A DNA stretch of 64,000 nt from an uncultured cyanobacterium (GCA_963706595.1 OY970166.1:1664001-1728000); one strand, 5' to 3'; shown: positions 10,040-20,590, counted from the first letter of the stretch. The notes: generated from the letters alone by a model not told the origin. Program-made: numbers and translations.

Positions 10040-11116
10040 TTAAATTCCTGATTGGCGCTTATATAGTAAATAGATAAATAGCGGCGAACCCAATAAGGCG
10101 GTGACAGCACCTACAGGAAGTTCTACAGCACCGAGGCGTGAAAGTAAGTCTGCGAAGCTGAGAACTAACGCCCCACCAATTGCACTGAGTGGTAAAACTG
10201 CACGGTAATCTGTACCCACCATTAAGCGGATTCCGTGGGGAACGATTAAACCGACGAAACCGATTAAACCACCTATACTGACGGCTCCTGCTGCTAATAG
10301 TGTAGCTGTACCACCAATCAAAATGCGCGATCGCAAAACGGAAACACCCAGTCCTATGGCTAATTCGTCACCCAAGTTCAACAAGTTGACAGCACGGGCT
10401 AACAAGCATCCAAATAACAAGGCGACGCTAATATAAGCACCTGAGATGGTTAAGTCACTCCAACCGCGCCCATTTAAACTCCCAATTAACCAATTCAAAG
10501 CTGTTTGGATTTGACCATCTTCAGCCATTAATAACAGCACAGATTGAATCGCACCAAATAGAGAACTAATTGCAACTCCACCTAAAATCAATCGTTCCAC
10601 TGAAATTCCCTGATTAGTTCGGGCTAACAGGTAAACAATAATAGTTGTCAATAAGCCCCCAGCCCAAGCCCCTAAAGGAACCCAAGTCTGCAATACACCT
10701 AAACTCAGCATGGCGACAGCCGCTAAACCAGCACCTGCGGAAATACCGAGTAAAAACGGGCTGGCTAGTCCGTTTCGCAGCATTCCCTGTAATAATGAGC
10801 CTGACATTCCCAAGGCTGCACCCACAAGCAATGCGGCCAAGGTGCGAGGTAGGCGCAAGTCCCAGAGAATTGTTTGATGGAGTTGATCACCTTGGCGAAT
10901 AACTGCTAGCCATAACTGATTGGGAGTCATGGCTACTGCACCAAATGACAGGGAAATTCCTGTAACTAACAGCAGCGCTACACATAGAAAAAATGTTCCT
11001 AATATGAGGCGATCGCCTAGTATCCGTAAGCGCAATTCGCCGATGAAAGCTTTTGGCGATCGCGAAGCGCTGCTGCAAGCAGATCGCACTGGAAACCACA
11101 ACTTAAAAACTCCCAT
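10040..11116 (-). CDS. FecCD-family iron ABC transporter permease
   Basis: LRLPR, LRNGLASP, LGDELAIGLGV, IGFVGLIVPH, ELPVG motifs. Confidence 0.92.
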   Translation of the reverse strand: MGVFKLWFPVRSACSSASRSPKAFIGELRLRILGDRLILGTFFLCVALLLVTGISLSFGAVAMTPNQLWLAVIRQGDQLHQTILWDLRLPRTLAALLVGAALGMSGSLLQGMLRNGLASPFLLGISAGAGLAAVAMLSLGVLQTWVPLGAWAGGLLTTIIVYLLARTNQGISVERLILGGVAISSLFGAIQSVLLLMAEDGQIQTALNWLIGSLNGRGWSDLTISGAYISVALLFGCLLARAVNLLNLGDELAIGLGVSVLRSRILIGGTATLLAAGAVSIGGLIGFVGLIVPHGIRLMVGTDYRAVLPLSAIGGALVLSFADLLSRLGAVELPVGAVTALLGSPLFIYLLYKRQSGI

Positions 11117-11424
11117 TTCGATTATTACTTTTCTCCATACGCCTAATATTTATTTGAGCATTAATACAAACTATTGTCAATAAGTTTATACAAGTAAGCC
11201 GCAAATCGTGGTCTAGCTGCAATTCTGAGCGAGAAATTTGGGTGTAGAGGTATAACAGAATCATTACCAAAAATTACCTGCTTGATACTAACAGCACTAT
11301 TGATATATGAAGGATTAAGAATAACTGTTAAATAATGATGCAAAATCCAGATTTTTATTGAAATTACTGCGGAAATATTTAGATTATGTTTCTAACCCTT
11401 TAAATATTTTCAGGAGCTAATCAG

Positions 11425-11685
11425 GTGTTTCCTTCAACCTTACTCGCTGCTGTAACCACACCTCTGGAATGGAGTCCTACTGTTGGTGTGATTATGATTC
11501 TAGCCAACATCGTTGCCATTGCCTTTGGCAAATTTACCATCAAGTACCCTAGCGTTGAACCAGCCCTACCTTCAGCCAATTTCTTTGGCGGTTTTGGTTT
11601 ACCTGCGGTACTAGCAACTAGTGCCTTTGGTCATATCTTAGGTGCTGGTGTAATTTTAGGACTGCACAACATCGGCAAAATTTAG
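11425..11685 (+). CDS. psaK: Photosystem I subunit PsaK
   Basis: WSPTVGVIM...LATSAFGHILGAGVILGL; GGAG ribosome-binding site. Confidence 0.93.
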   Translation: MFPSTLLAAVTTPLEWSPTVGVIMILANIVAIAFGKFTIKYPSVEPALPSANFFGGFGLPAVLATSAFGHILGAGVILGLHNIGKI

Positions 11686-11834
11686 GTAAAAATTTTAGGC
11701 ATTTGTAATGCGTGGCTGATTTACGCCAATTTGATTAATTGTTTTTTGCCTATAATTGATCAGCTAGAGCTATCCTAAGTTGACAATTAAATAGACATAC
11801 TTATACACTTATAGACAAAGCTATAAGTGTATTT

Positions 11835-12485
11835 ATGTTTAAACCACATGAATTTGCCGAAAAAATGGGAGTTTCTGTGAAAACGTTGCAGAGATGGGAC
11901 AATTCTGGGAAATTACCTGCCAAAAGAACACCATCGGGACATCGATTTTATACTGAAAACGACTTATTGATTGCTCAGGGATTAAAACCTACAGAACAAA
12001 ATCGCAAAAACATCGTTTATTGTCGCGTTTCTTCTAATGGACAGAAACCAGAGTTGAAGAATCAAATCACCGCTATGGAGACATTTTGTTTAAACAGGGG
12101 TTTAGCTGTTGACGAATGGGTATCGGAGATTGGCGGAGGCTTAAACTTTAAAAGAAAGAAGTTCTTATCAATTATGATGTCTATGCTTCAAGGCGAAATC
12201 GCAATTATTGTAATAGCTCATAAAGATAGAATGTGTCGTTTTGCTTTTGAATTTATACAGGAGTTATCCAACTCTGTTGGTTGCGAAATAATTGTAGCTA
12301 ATCAAGAATCATTATCGCCTCAACAAGAATTAGTGGAAGATTTAATGGCTATCATTCATGGCTTTTCTTGTAGATTGTATGGGTTAAGAAATTACTCTAA
12401 AGAAATTAAAAACAATCTCAAAAATGCTATTGACAAGCCAGTACATGACCTAGCAGAATTGGACAACCAAGAAATACAGTGTTGA
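11835..12485 (+). CDS. tnpA: IS607 transposase TnpA (MerR-like HTH plus serine recombinase)
   Basis: GVSVKTLQRWD, RTPSGHRFY, YCRVSS, HKDRMCRF, ELVEDLMAIIHGFSCRLYGLR. Confidence 0.95.
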   Translation: MFKPHEFAEKMGVSVKTLQRWDNSGKLPAKRTPSGHRFYTENDLLIAQGLKPTEQNRKNIVYCRVSSNGQKPELKNQITAMETFCLNRGLAVDEWVSEIGGGLNFKRKKFLSIMMSMLQGEIAIIVIAHKDRMCRFAFEFIQELSNSVGCEIIVANQESLSPQQELVEDLMAIIHGFSCRLYGLRNYSKEIKNNLKNAIDKPVHDLAELDNQEIQC

Positions 12486-12495
12486 AGGTCGAACA

Positions 12496-12893
12496 ATGCT
12501 TTTATCCATTAAAACAAAGTTGAAACTAACCAAGAATCAAGAGACAATCATGAGTAAACACGCAGGAATAGCGAAGTTTACTTACAATTGGGGTCTTGCT
12601 ACTTGGAAACAACTTTACAAAGATGGATTTAAGCCCAATAAATACATATTAAAAAAGTTCTTTAATAACCATGTAAAACCAGAGTTTGATTGGATTAAAG
12701 AAAAAGGTAAAAGTTTGGTTGTGAAATAATTATTGCTGACCGTTGGTTTCCATCAACTAAAACCTGTTCTAATTGTGGGCATATTCAAGATATGCCGCTT
12801 TCAGAAAGAGTTTACAATTGCCACAATTGTGGGCATTCGATGGACAGAGATTTAAACGCAGCAATAGTTTTATCAAGGTTGGCTAAACCTTGA
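12496..12893 (+). pseudogene. tnpB: tnpB with large internal deletion and frameshift
   Basis: N-terminal HAGIAKFTYNWGL segment joined at about 12708 to an out-of-frame C-terminus ADRWFPSTKTCSNCG...CHNCGHSMDRDLNAA. Confidence 0.9.
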
Positions 12894-13203
12894 AAGCTTG
12901 CTGAGGGATAACCGCTCCCATGCTCCCTTTGACGCAAGAAGTAAATGTCTAGCTTTGTCTAACATTTATATAGCAGAAGTGACTCTCTAGCTTTTTTTAA
13001 TTGTTCGCGCCTCAGATCAGCAAAAGATAAAAATCCCGCCATTGTTGAAGCTTTTTTCGCAGATTTCCTTCTAATGGTACAAGACAAAGCCATAAAAATC
13101 ATGTGATCATCTAAAAGTAGAGGAATATTAATCATTGATGCTAATTTCAATAACATCAACTCTACTTTTCAATTTGATATTTTAAAGCAGGAAATAGAAT
13201 ATA

Positions 13204-13437
13204 ATGGCACAGGAAAAAACTGCCCAACTTTTGCAAGCTGTTAAAGAAGACCAAGCATTACAAGCAAGACTCAAAGCCTCAGATCATCCAGAAGCCTTCA
13301 TCAAGATTGCTAGAGAGAGTGGCTATGACTTTACAATTGAAGAACTAGAACATGAAATTAGTCAATTGTCGGACGAAGATTTGGCAGCTATTGTCAATCC
13401 CGGCTGGGGTAATAGACGGCACATTCATCCTAGATAA
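13204..13437 (+). CDS. Nif11-like leader peptide family protein (possible RiPP precursor)
   Basis: VKEDQALQARLKA...IARESGYDFTIEEL...LSDEDLAAI. Confidence 0.8.
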   Translation: MAQEKTAQLLQAVKEDQALQARLKASDHPEAFIKIARESGYDFTIEELEHEISQLSDEDLAAIVNPGWGNRRHIHPR

Positions 13438-13759
13438 TTCTTGAATTATTCTCCGGACTTTTTGTTGTGCATAATCGGGCAAAGGTAGAGTTAGCTTTTG
13501 CCTGATTCTCTGGTTTAAGGATTAATTAGGTGGATATTAAGAAGATATTTGTAAAGTATCTCTATTCAAACCAATCTTGACCTCCTGGTAATTCGGCTAA
13601 ATAATGATCAATAATATCTGGTAATTCTTTAGCCTGATATTTATAAGTTAAATGTAAAAGCTTGCTAGCAAAATTAATTAATATCTCTTGATTCAGTCTT
13701 TTAATTCTTGTGTCATATATTTGGGGAAATGGGGGAAGACAACAAATAAAATTCATCAT

Positions 13760-13866
13760 TATCGCGGTTCTCGGTTGAGTGAGATACAATAACCCCACCC
13801 CCAACCCCCTCCGGTGCAAGCGAGGAGGGGGCTATCATGTACTTCATCTAAGTGCATACCGCTATA
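13760..13866. mobile_element. About 100-bp MITE family A (TATAGCGG...CCGCTATA with CCCCTCCCC-GCAA-GCGAGGAGGGG hairpin)
   Basis: Homologous copies at 28937-29022 and 48902-49006; core only at about 5996-6035. Confidence 0.75.
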
Positions 13867-14078
13867 TTGAGGACAAAAACCAGAAAATTACAGCAATCTG
13901 AGAATTTACATAACTATCGTTTAAAAGTTCTTTCAGGCTGCTGACCATTATTTTCTGTCTCCTAGTAAGGCTTTGCTGGTTTTCTGCGGTCATGCCTTTT
14001 GCTGGTTAATTTTAATTATAATTTTAATTTCCCGGATGACTGCGACTTCTATTCACCAGGGCTTTTATTGAAAAATTG

Positions 14079-14441
14079 GGTTGAAAATCCCGTCATTCTA
14101 AAACAGCTTTTGGTACAATAGGAGATGTGGAGGGGTAATTAACCACTTAAAAAACCCTATTGCTACCTAACACGTAGACGCTGCACCTTGACAACTGAAT
14201 CTAGGGGATTCTACTTCGTAGTTCTAGTATTACCTGGAAGTAGGTAAAAGATTCATAGGTACTAGACGAACAGCACTAAACTTCAATCAAACAAATATTG
14301 CAACAATGCAACTATGGTCGGGCAGACCAAAAGTTAACGCTTGGGGAGAGAACCACCTCTGGTCTAGATACCGCAAGGAGTCTAGGCTAAGTGGACTCGT
14401 TGAACCAAGAATCCTCATGCCTTGAGGCTGAGGAGTGTCAA
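14079..14441 (+). mobile_element. Non-coding IS200/IS605-derived element retaining a TnpB omega-RNA-like right end
   Basis: 3' part ...GGTCGGGCAGACC...ACGCTTGGGGAGAG...GAACCAAGAATCCTCA...TGAGGAGTGTCAA has the layout of IS605 right ends; a hairpin sits at the left end; no ORF. Confidence 0.7.
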
Positions 14442-14496
14442 AATATTGTTATTCTCGTAACGAGAGACACAAAACGCCCCTGAAAGATTCATCGCC

Positions 14497-16662
14497 ATGC
14501 TTCAGTACCCGAATCTCGAACAAGCGCTAAAACATAACTTTGGTTACGACCAATTCCGCCCCGGACAACGGCAAATTATTGAAGATGCGCTGCAAAATCG
14601 GGATTTGCTGGTGGTGATGCCGACTGGTGGGGGGAAATCTCTGTGTTTTCAGTTACCAGCTTTGATAAAATCAGGTTTAACGGTAGTGGTTTCACCGTTA
14701 ATCGCTTTGATGCAAGACCAAGTGGAATCACTGCGAAATAATAATATTTCGGCAACTTTTCTCAATAGCAGTCTGAATCCTCATAAGGTGCGATCGCGCG
14801 AAGAAGCCATCCGCAATGGTAAGGTGAGATTACTCTACGTCGCCCCAGAACGCCTTTTAAGTGAAAGATTTCTGCCCTTTTTAGATTTAGTACATCACCA
14901 AATCGGTATTTCTACCTTCGCCATTGACGAAGCCCATTGTGTTTCTGAATGGGGACACGATTTTCGTCCAGAATACCGCCAGTTGAAATCCCTGCGAAGG
15001 CGTTACCCAGATGTTCCCACTATTGCCCTCACCGCTACAGCTACAGATCGCGTCCGTGGTGATATCATTCAACAATTAGGGTTAAAGCAACCTATCGTTC
15101 ACCTCGCCAGCTTTAATCGGCAAAATCTTTATTACGAAGTTCGTCCTAAATCGAAGTCTGCTTACGCGGAAATATTAGAACTAATTCGAGAAACTGATGG
15201 TTCGACAATTATCTATTGCTTAACTCGGAAAAAAGTCGATGAACTCACATTTAAACTGCAAAATGATAAAGTTGTGGCTTTGTCTTATCATGCTGGTTTA
15301 AGTGATGAAGAACGTTCCAAAAATCAAACTCGATTTATTCGCGATGATGTCCGGGTAATGGTAGCCACAATTGCTTTTGGAATGGGAATAAATAAGCCAG
15401 ATGTGCGGTTAGTTGTTCACTTTGATTTACCCCGAAATTTAGAAAGTTATTATCAAGAATCGGGTAGGGCGGGAAGGGATAGCGAACCCTCCCGGTGTAC
15501 CATGTTTTTTAGTTTTAGTGATATTAAAACTATTGAATGGAGTATTAACCAAAAAACTGATCCTCAAGAACAATTAATTGCTAAACAACAGCTACGTCAA
15601 GTTATAGATTATGCTGAAGGTACAGATTGCCGGCGGACAATTCAATTAGGTTATTTTGGGGAACGGTTTCCAGGTAATTGCGGTAACTGTGATAATTGTC
15701 GTTATCCTAAACCTGTACAAGATTGGACAATTGAAGCCATGAAGTTTTTATCTTGTGTGGCGCGTTGTCAGGAAAGATATGGGATGCTACACATTATTGA
15801 GGTGTTGCGGGGATCTAAAAGTCAAAAAGTTATCCAAAATAAACACGATAAACTTTCTACTTACGGTATAGGTAAAGATAAAACTTTGGATGAATGGCGA
15901 ATGTTGGGGCGTTCTTTGTTACATCAAGGCTTGTTAGAACAAACCAATGATGGTTACTCGGTTTTAAAACTTAATCCTTTGAGTTGGGAAGTCATGAAGC
16001 GACAGCGCACTGTTTCTCTTGCTGTTCCCATCGCCCAAAAGTTGAGTTTAGTCGGAGAGAGTGACAAAGCTGTTGAGGCAGAATTATTATTACAGAGATT
16101 GCGATCGCTCCGCAAAGAATTGGCTGATGAACAGTCTGTACCGCCCTATGTTGTCTTTCAGGATTCTACCCTGAAGTTAATGGCACAAGCCCAACCCCAA
16201 TCTTTAGCCGACTTTGCCAAACTTTCTGGAGTAGGTAGTCACAAATTAGCTCAGTATGGGAAAAAATTCTTGGCAGAAATTACAGCCTACCGTCAAGAAA
16301 GAGGTGAACCAGCACAAAAAAGTTATTCTCTAGGTTCCATAGCTGAGAATAATTCACCTAATGATAGTGAATTGGTGACATTAAGGCTGCATCAAGAAGG
16401 TTTGAGTATTCCCGAAATTGCCAACAAACGCAATCTTAGCCCTTCGACAATTCTCACTCATCTTTCTAAGTTAATGGCAAAAAATCAGCCTGTAGATTTA
16501 AATCAGTTAGTCCCTCTAGAACATCAACAAAAAATTTGGCAAGTTTTAGAAATTTTGGGTGATATTTCCCTAACTCCAGTTAAAGAACAATTGGGTGAAA
16601 ACTATACTTTTGATGAAATTCGCTTAGTTAGGGAAAAGTGGCGCAGAGAAAGCCGTAAATAA
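14497..16662 (+). CDS. recQ: ATP-dependent DNA helicase RecQ
   Basis: [36 protein letters not shown], Zn-binding [10 protein letters not shown] and HRDC domains. Confidence 0.97.
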   Translation: MLQYPNLEQALKHNFGYDQFRPGQRQIIEDALQNRDLLVVMPTGGGKSLCFQLPALIKSGLTVVVSPLIALMQDQVESLRNNNISATFLNSSLNPHKVRSREEAIRNGKVRLLYVAPERLLSERFLPFLDLVHHQIGISTFAIDEAHCVSEWGHDFRPEYRQLKSLRRRYPDVPTIALTATATDRVRGDIIQQLGLKQPIVHLASFNRQNLYYEVRPKSKSAYAEILELIRETDGSTIIYCLTRKKVDELTFKLQNDKVVALSYHAGLSDEERSKNQTRFIRDDVRVMVATIAFGMGINKPDVRLVVHFDLPRNLESYYQESGRAGRDSEPSRCTMFFSFSDIKTIEWSINQKTDPQEQLIAKQQLRQVIDYAEGTDCRRTIQLGYFGERFPGNCGNCDNCRYPKPVQDWTIEAMKFLSCVARCQERYGMLHIIEVLRGSKSQKVIQNKHDKLSTYGIGKDKTLDEWRMLGRSLLHQGLLEQTNDGYSVLKLNPLSWEVMKRQRTVSLAVPIAQKLSLVGESDKAVEAELLLQRLRSLRKELADEQSVPPYVVFQDSTLKLMAQAQPQSLADFAKLSGVGSHKLAQYGKKFLAEITAYRQERGEPAQKSYSLGSIAENNSPNDSELVTLRLHQEGLSIPEIANKRNLSPSTILTHLSKLMAKNQPVDLNQLVPLEHQQKIWQVLEILGDISLTPVKEQLGENYTFDEIRLVREKWRRESRK

Positions 16663-16781
16663 TGGCGATCGCTTATAGTAAAGTTTTCCTAAGAATGAGT
16701 AAATTTTTGGATATTTCTGCTCATGCTAGCAGATAGTGATCTGCACCTCTACTAAGCGATCGCCGCCTTGGAAGTCCCTAA

Positions 16782-16955
16782 TCAAGCTGCATCCATAACA
16801 CCGGGAATTTCGCTGCTAGAGTCTGGCGATTGGATTGCAGGCGTTGATGGTGCTGGATTTTCGCCTTTGGCAGTTATCACAGATAGCACCTTGGGGAATA
16901 TAATACAGACAACAGTGTTGAACAGTGTCAGCAATAGACCATCCATCAAATTCAT
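16782..16955 (-). CDS. 57-aa single-TM small protein (not in ORF track)
   Basis: Own translation MNLMDGLLLTLFNTVVCIIFPKVLSVITAKGENPAPSTPAIQSPDSSSEIPGVMDAA; AGAGGA RBS; paralogous to 18112-18348. Confidence 0.7.
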   Translation of the reverse strand: MNLMDGLLLTLFNTVVCIIFPKVLSVITAKGENPAPSTPAIQSPDSSSEIPGVMDAA

Positions 16956-17360
16956 ATATTATCCTCTTGCTTGTTAAAAATTATTTTTTACTACTTCTTA
17001 GTTTGACGCATAATTGAATCATCATTTATATATATAATTTTGTTGATCTTCTAAACTGTATAAGTCAGATAAATATACAGCACTTTTATTTTCAAAGTAC
17101 CACACCTAAATATCTAAAAGGTTTATGGGACAAGGGTTATAGGATTTCATTTTGTACCAAACCGTTACACAAAGTGCTGTATTTATTGACTCATATATAG
17201 CAGGTTGCAGGTATATGAGGTACAAAAGCAATAGTGAAAATATTGTGGGGGAGGGCAAAGATGCCCGCCCTAGTGTACCTCAAAAAAATGAAATGTGTTG
17301 TATATCGTAACCATCAATTTATCTATAGGAATCCGATTTGATTATTGAACAGACACGTAG

Positions 17361-17464
17361 TGGCGTGGCAAGGCTAAAATGTTGCAATAGATTTTTGAGA
17401 AAATTGGGATAAATCAATGTTTTCTGCTTTTTTCCTAATGCACTATTTTAAGCTTGTCACACCA
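17361..17464. mobile_element. About 104-bp MITE family B with GTAG target duplication
   Basis: TIR TGGCGTGGCAAG/CTTGTCACACCA, GTAG on both flanks; inverted copy at 41089-41191. Confidence 0.8.
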
Positions 17465-17742
17465 GTAGTGGCGTGTTAGCGGTAGCGTAACGCACCAAAG
17501 TCTTAATAATGGTGCGTGCGTTACGGATTTCATCCTAACGCACCCTACAATACTTAAATTTTTTCCTAAATCAAATATGAGTCCTATATAAGCTGAATAG
17601 TATCATAAACTTGATGTGTTTATGCATCTAACTTTAGTAATAAAATAATTTCTATAATCTGGAGGATTAGCTATTTATTTCCTGTCGGCTAATCTACCAC
17701 TGCTGGAATATCTAGGAAATCTTCAATGCACTGAAAAAGCAG

Positions 17743-17898
17743 GGCGTTGCTGATTTCAAAGATGAATTAGTCGGGCTACGCTAACAAGCAAAGGTGCTAT
17801 GGCGCTTTTTTTTGAAACCTAAGCGAAGACGATCTCCAAGAGTAGGAAGATCAAAAGAAAGGTAATTTTGGCGTTTCATACTTTAGTTCAGCAACCCC
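17743..17898. mobile_element. 156-bp MITE with 8-bp target duplication
   Basis: TIR GGCGTTGCTGA/TCAGCAACCCC; AAAAGCAG duplicated at 17735-17742 and 17899-17906. Confidence 0.8.
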
Positions 17899-18017
17899 AA
17901 AAGCAGCACAACTATTTGAGTTTTGTGCTGCTTAGTTTGGAAATGATGGTAATGAATGTATTCTAATTGAAAATTGGTACGAATTACGCAACAGCTTAGT
18001 ACCTGGAAACAGTACAT

Positions 18018-18111
18018 TAGACATCTGGTGACAAACATTGTAGAGACGTGATATGTCACCTCTCTACAACGGTTCTGTGATCACGCATATTTTATTTTCA
18101 CCAGATATCTA
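18018..18111. mobile_element. MITE-like element enclosing a GTAGAGACG REP palindrome
   Basis: TIR TAGACATCTGGTGA/TCACCAGATATCTA. Confidence 0.65.
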
Positions 18112-18348
18112 TTAGTCTGGAGAACACTTAGAACAGAATTGAGGTCTGAATTTACAGAATTCTCTACCTGTCAATAGGTAAGTTGTGCAGTAGGGAAAAC
18201 TAGTAATTTCTATTTTGGCTTTTAGAGACGTTGAACCCTGTTTCAATGGTTGAGAAATTTGGAATTTACGATCCTGAATTGTCGAGAGTAATTTGGGCAA
18301 TGCTAAACAGGCGGCAGCATTGATGAAAGTTAGCAATAAAGCATCCAT
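18112..18348 (-). CDS. Small single-TM protein with Cys-rich tail
   Basis: MDALLLTFINAAACLALPKLLS; C-terminal C-x10-C-x6-C-x2-C; hairpin terminator AAGCAGCACAA...TTGTGCTGCTT downstream. Confidence 0.6.
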   Translation of the reverse strand: MDALLLTFINAAACLALPKLLSTIQDRKFQISQPLKQGSTSLKAKIEITSFPYCTTYLLTGREFCKFRPQFCSKCSPD

Positions 18349-18612
18349 GAAGTTGATAGGTAATCACCCCCGTTGACAAATAGGTGGTCTGATGTTTTTT
18401 GTCGCCGAGACAACTAAAGCAAGTGAATATCAAAATCATCCATTGCTTTTACTTTATATAAATTAACTTTAACATACATATTTATCAATACAACCGTTAA
18501 AGTTGTGAAGTATCTTACGCAGTAAGCTATGTACTTATTGAACAGAAGTAATATAGCTTAATAGCAGAATCATCTGGAACAAACAAGTTTACTAAATTTA
18601 TGGAGATGTGTG

Positions 18613-20590
18613 ATGACGAACATTCAAGCTGCGCCTGCTTATTTATCTAAGATTACCAAGCGAGAAAGCCAAGAATTACAGCGTATGGCTGACTATACCA
18701 ATGTAGTCTTACTACCAGAAATTTGGCCATTGGCAGCCAAAAAATTTGGTGATATCGTTGCCCTACATAATCCCAATAGTCAACCAGAAGTAAAAATTAC
18801 ATATACCCAGCTAGCAGATCAAATTCAACAATTTGCCGCCGGGTTGCAAGCGTCAGGAGTTAAAGCAGGCGATCGCATTTCTCTAATAGCCGATAATAGT
18901 CCCCGGTGGTTCATTGCCGATCAGGGGATGATGACGGCTGGTGCAGTTAATGCAGTGCGGAGTTCCCAAGCCGAACGGGAAGAACTCCTCTTTATTATCG
19001 CTAATAGTGGCAGCACAACCTTAGTAGTCCAAGATTTAAACACACTAGACAAACTCGGCGACAGGCTCAATGATCTACCCATTCAACTAATCATCTTACT
19101 TTCAGATGAAACGCCACCAGCAGCAGCTACTCCCACAGTGCTGAACTTTTCCCAATTACTAGAAATTGGTAGCAATCATACCCTGAAGCGGGTTCAGCAA
19201 CCAGGTGACACCCTAGCCACGCTGATTTATACTTCTGGGACTACAGGTAAACCCAAAGGTGTAATGCTCTCCCATAACAATTTATTACACCAAGTCAAAA
19301 TCCTGGGTACAGTAGTACAACCACAGCCAGGAGATATCGTTCTCAGTATCCTGCCCTCTTGGCACAGTTATGAACGCAGTGGCGAGTATTTCTTACTTTC
19401 TCAAGGTTGTACGCAAATTTATACTAACTTGCGTTCTGTCAAACAGGATTTGAAGAAATTTAAACCTCATTACATGATCGCAGTTCCGCGCCTGTGGGAA
19501 TCCATTCATGAAGGAGTGCTAAAGCAGTTTCGCGAACAACCAGCCAACAAGCAACGCTTGATTAACTTTTTGCTGGGAATGAGTGAAACTTATATCCAAA
19601 AACAACGCATTGCCCAAGGATTGAGTTTAAATCATCTTCATGCCTCAAGCTTGGAGAAATTCACTGCGAAAATAGTAGCATTGTCCTTGTCGCCCTTTCA
19701 TGCCCTGGGAGAACGCCTAGTTTATGCCAAAGTCCGCGAAGCCGTAGGTGGACGCATGAAGCACGTCATTACCGGTGGTGGGGCATTACCGAGGCACATA
19801 GATAACTTTTTTGAAATTATTGGTGTGGAGATTTTGCAGGGTTACGGTTTAACAGAAACTTCTCCTGTCGCTAACGCCCGTCGTCCTTGGCATAATGTCC
19901 GGGGTTCATCCGGACAGCCAATCGCCGGCACAGAAGTAAAAATTGTAGATCCTGAAACCAAAGTGCCTTTACCTGTGGGTCAACGAGGTTTGGTGCTATT
20001 GAAAGGACCAGCAAGTTATGCAAGGCTATTATCAAAACCCGGAAGCAACGGCTAAGGTAATTGATGCCGAGGGATGGTTTAATAGCGGCGACTTGGGTTG
20101 GGTGACACCAGAAAACGACTTGGTGCTGACTGGTAGGGCAAAAGATACAATTGTCTTGACCAATGGGGAAAATATCGAACCGCAACCAATTGAAGATGCT
20201 TGTTTGCGATCGCCCTACGTGGATCAAATTATGCTAGTAGGACAAGATCAGCGCAGCATCGGGGCTTTGATTGTCCCCAACACCGAAGCCCTAGAAAAAT
20301 GGGCAGCCAGTCAAAATCTACAACTGCCGCTATCAGAAGAAAACTCTTCAGAACTCAGCAAATCTATTGATCTGGAGAGTAAAATGATCCAGGACTTGTT
20401 TCGACAAGAATTGAATCGGGAAGTGCAGAACCGTCCTGGTTATCGACCAGATGATCGTATTGGTCCGTTCAGGCTGATTCTCGAACCCTTTTCTCAGGAA
20501 AATGGCTTGATGACCCAAACCCTGAAAGTTCGGCGGCACGTAGTCGCGGAACGCTATCGCGATATTATTGACGGAATGTATACCCGATAA
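18613..20590 (+). pseudogene. aas: Acyl-ACP synthetase/long-chain fatty acid ligase, split by a +1 frameshift near 20010
   Basis: IYTSGTTGKPKG and GYGLTE in the first frame; MQGYY, GWFNSGDLG and GRAKD in the second. The junction GGACCAGCAAGTTATG has one extra base relative to G-P-Q-V-M. Confidence 0.85.

Larger units (their letters stand above)
11760..12976 (+). mobile_element. IS607-family element with deleted tnpB (ends approximate)
   Basis: tnpA serine recombinase followed by tnpB remnants; short TAGAC/GTCTA-type repeats near both ends. Confidence 0.85.

Noticed and set aside
11145..11270. Fur or Zur box upstream of the iron ABC permease
   Set aside because: AT-rich near-matches exist (TTTGAGCATTAATAC; AGAATCATTACCA), but with too many mismatches to call by eye.
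13562..13819. 85-aa ORF
   Set aside because: Its start lies inside a MITE. The remainder may be a gene remnant, but I recognise no family.
16768..16977. 69-aa plus-strand ORF
   Set aside because: Antisense shadow of the better supported 57-aa minus-strand gene.
20001..20020. Programmed frameshift in aas
   Set aside because: No slippery heptamer or homopolymer at the junction.
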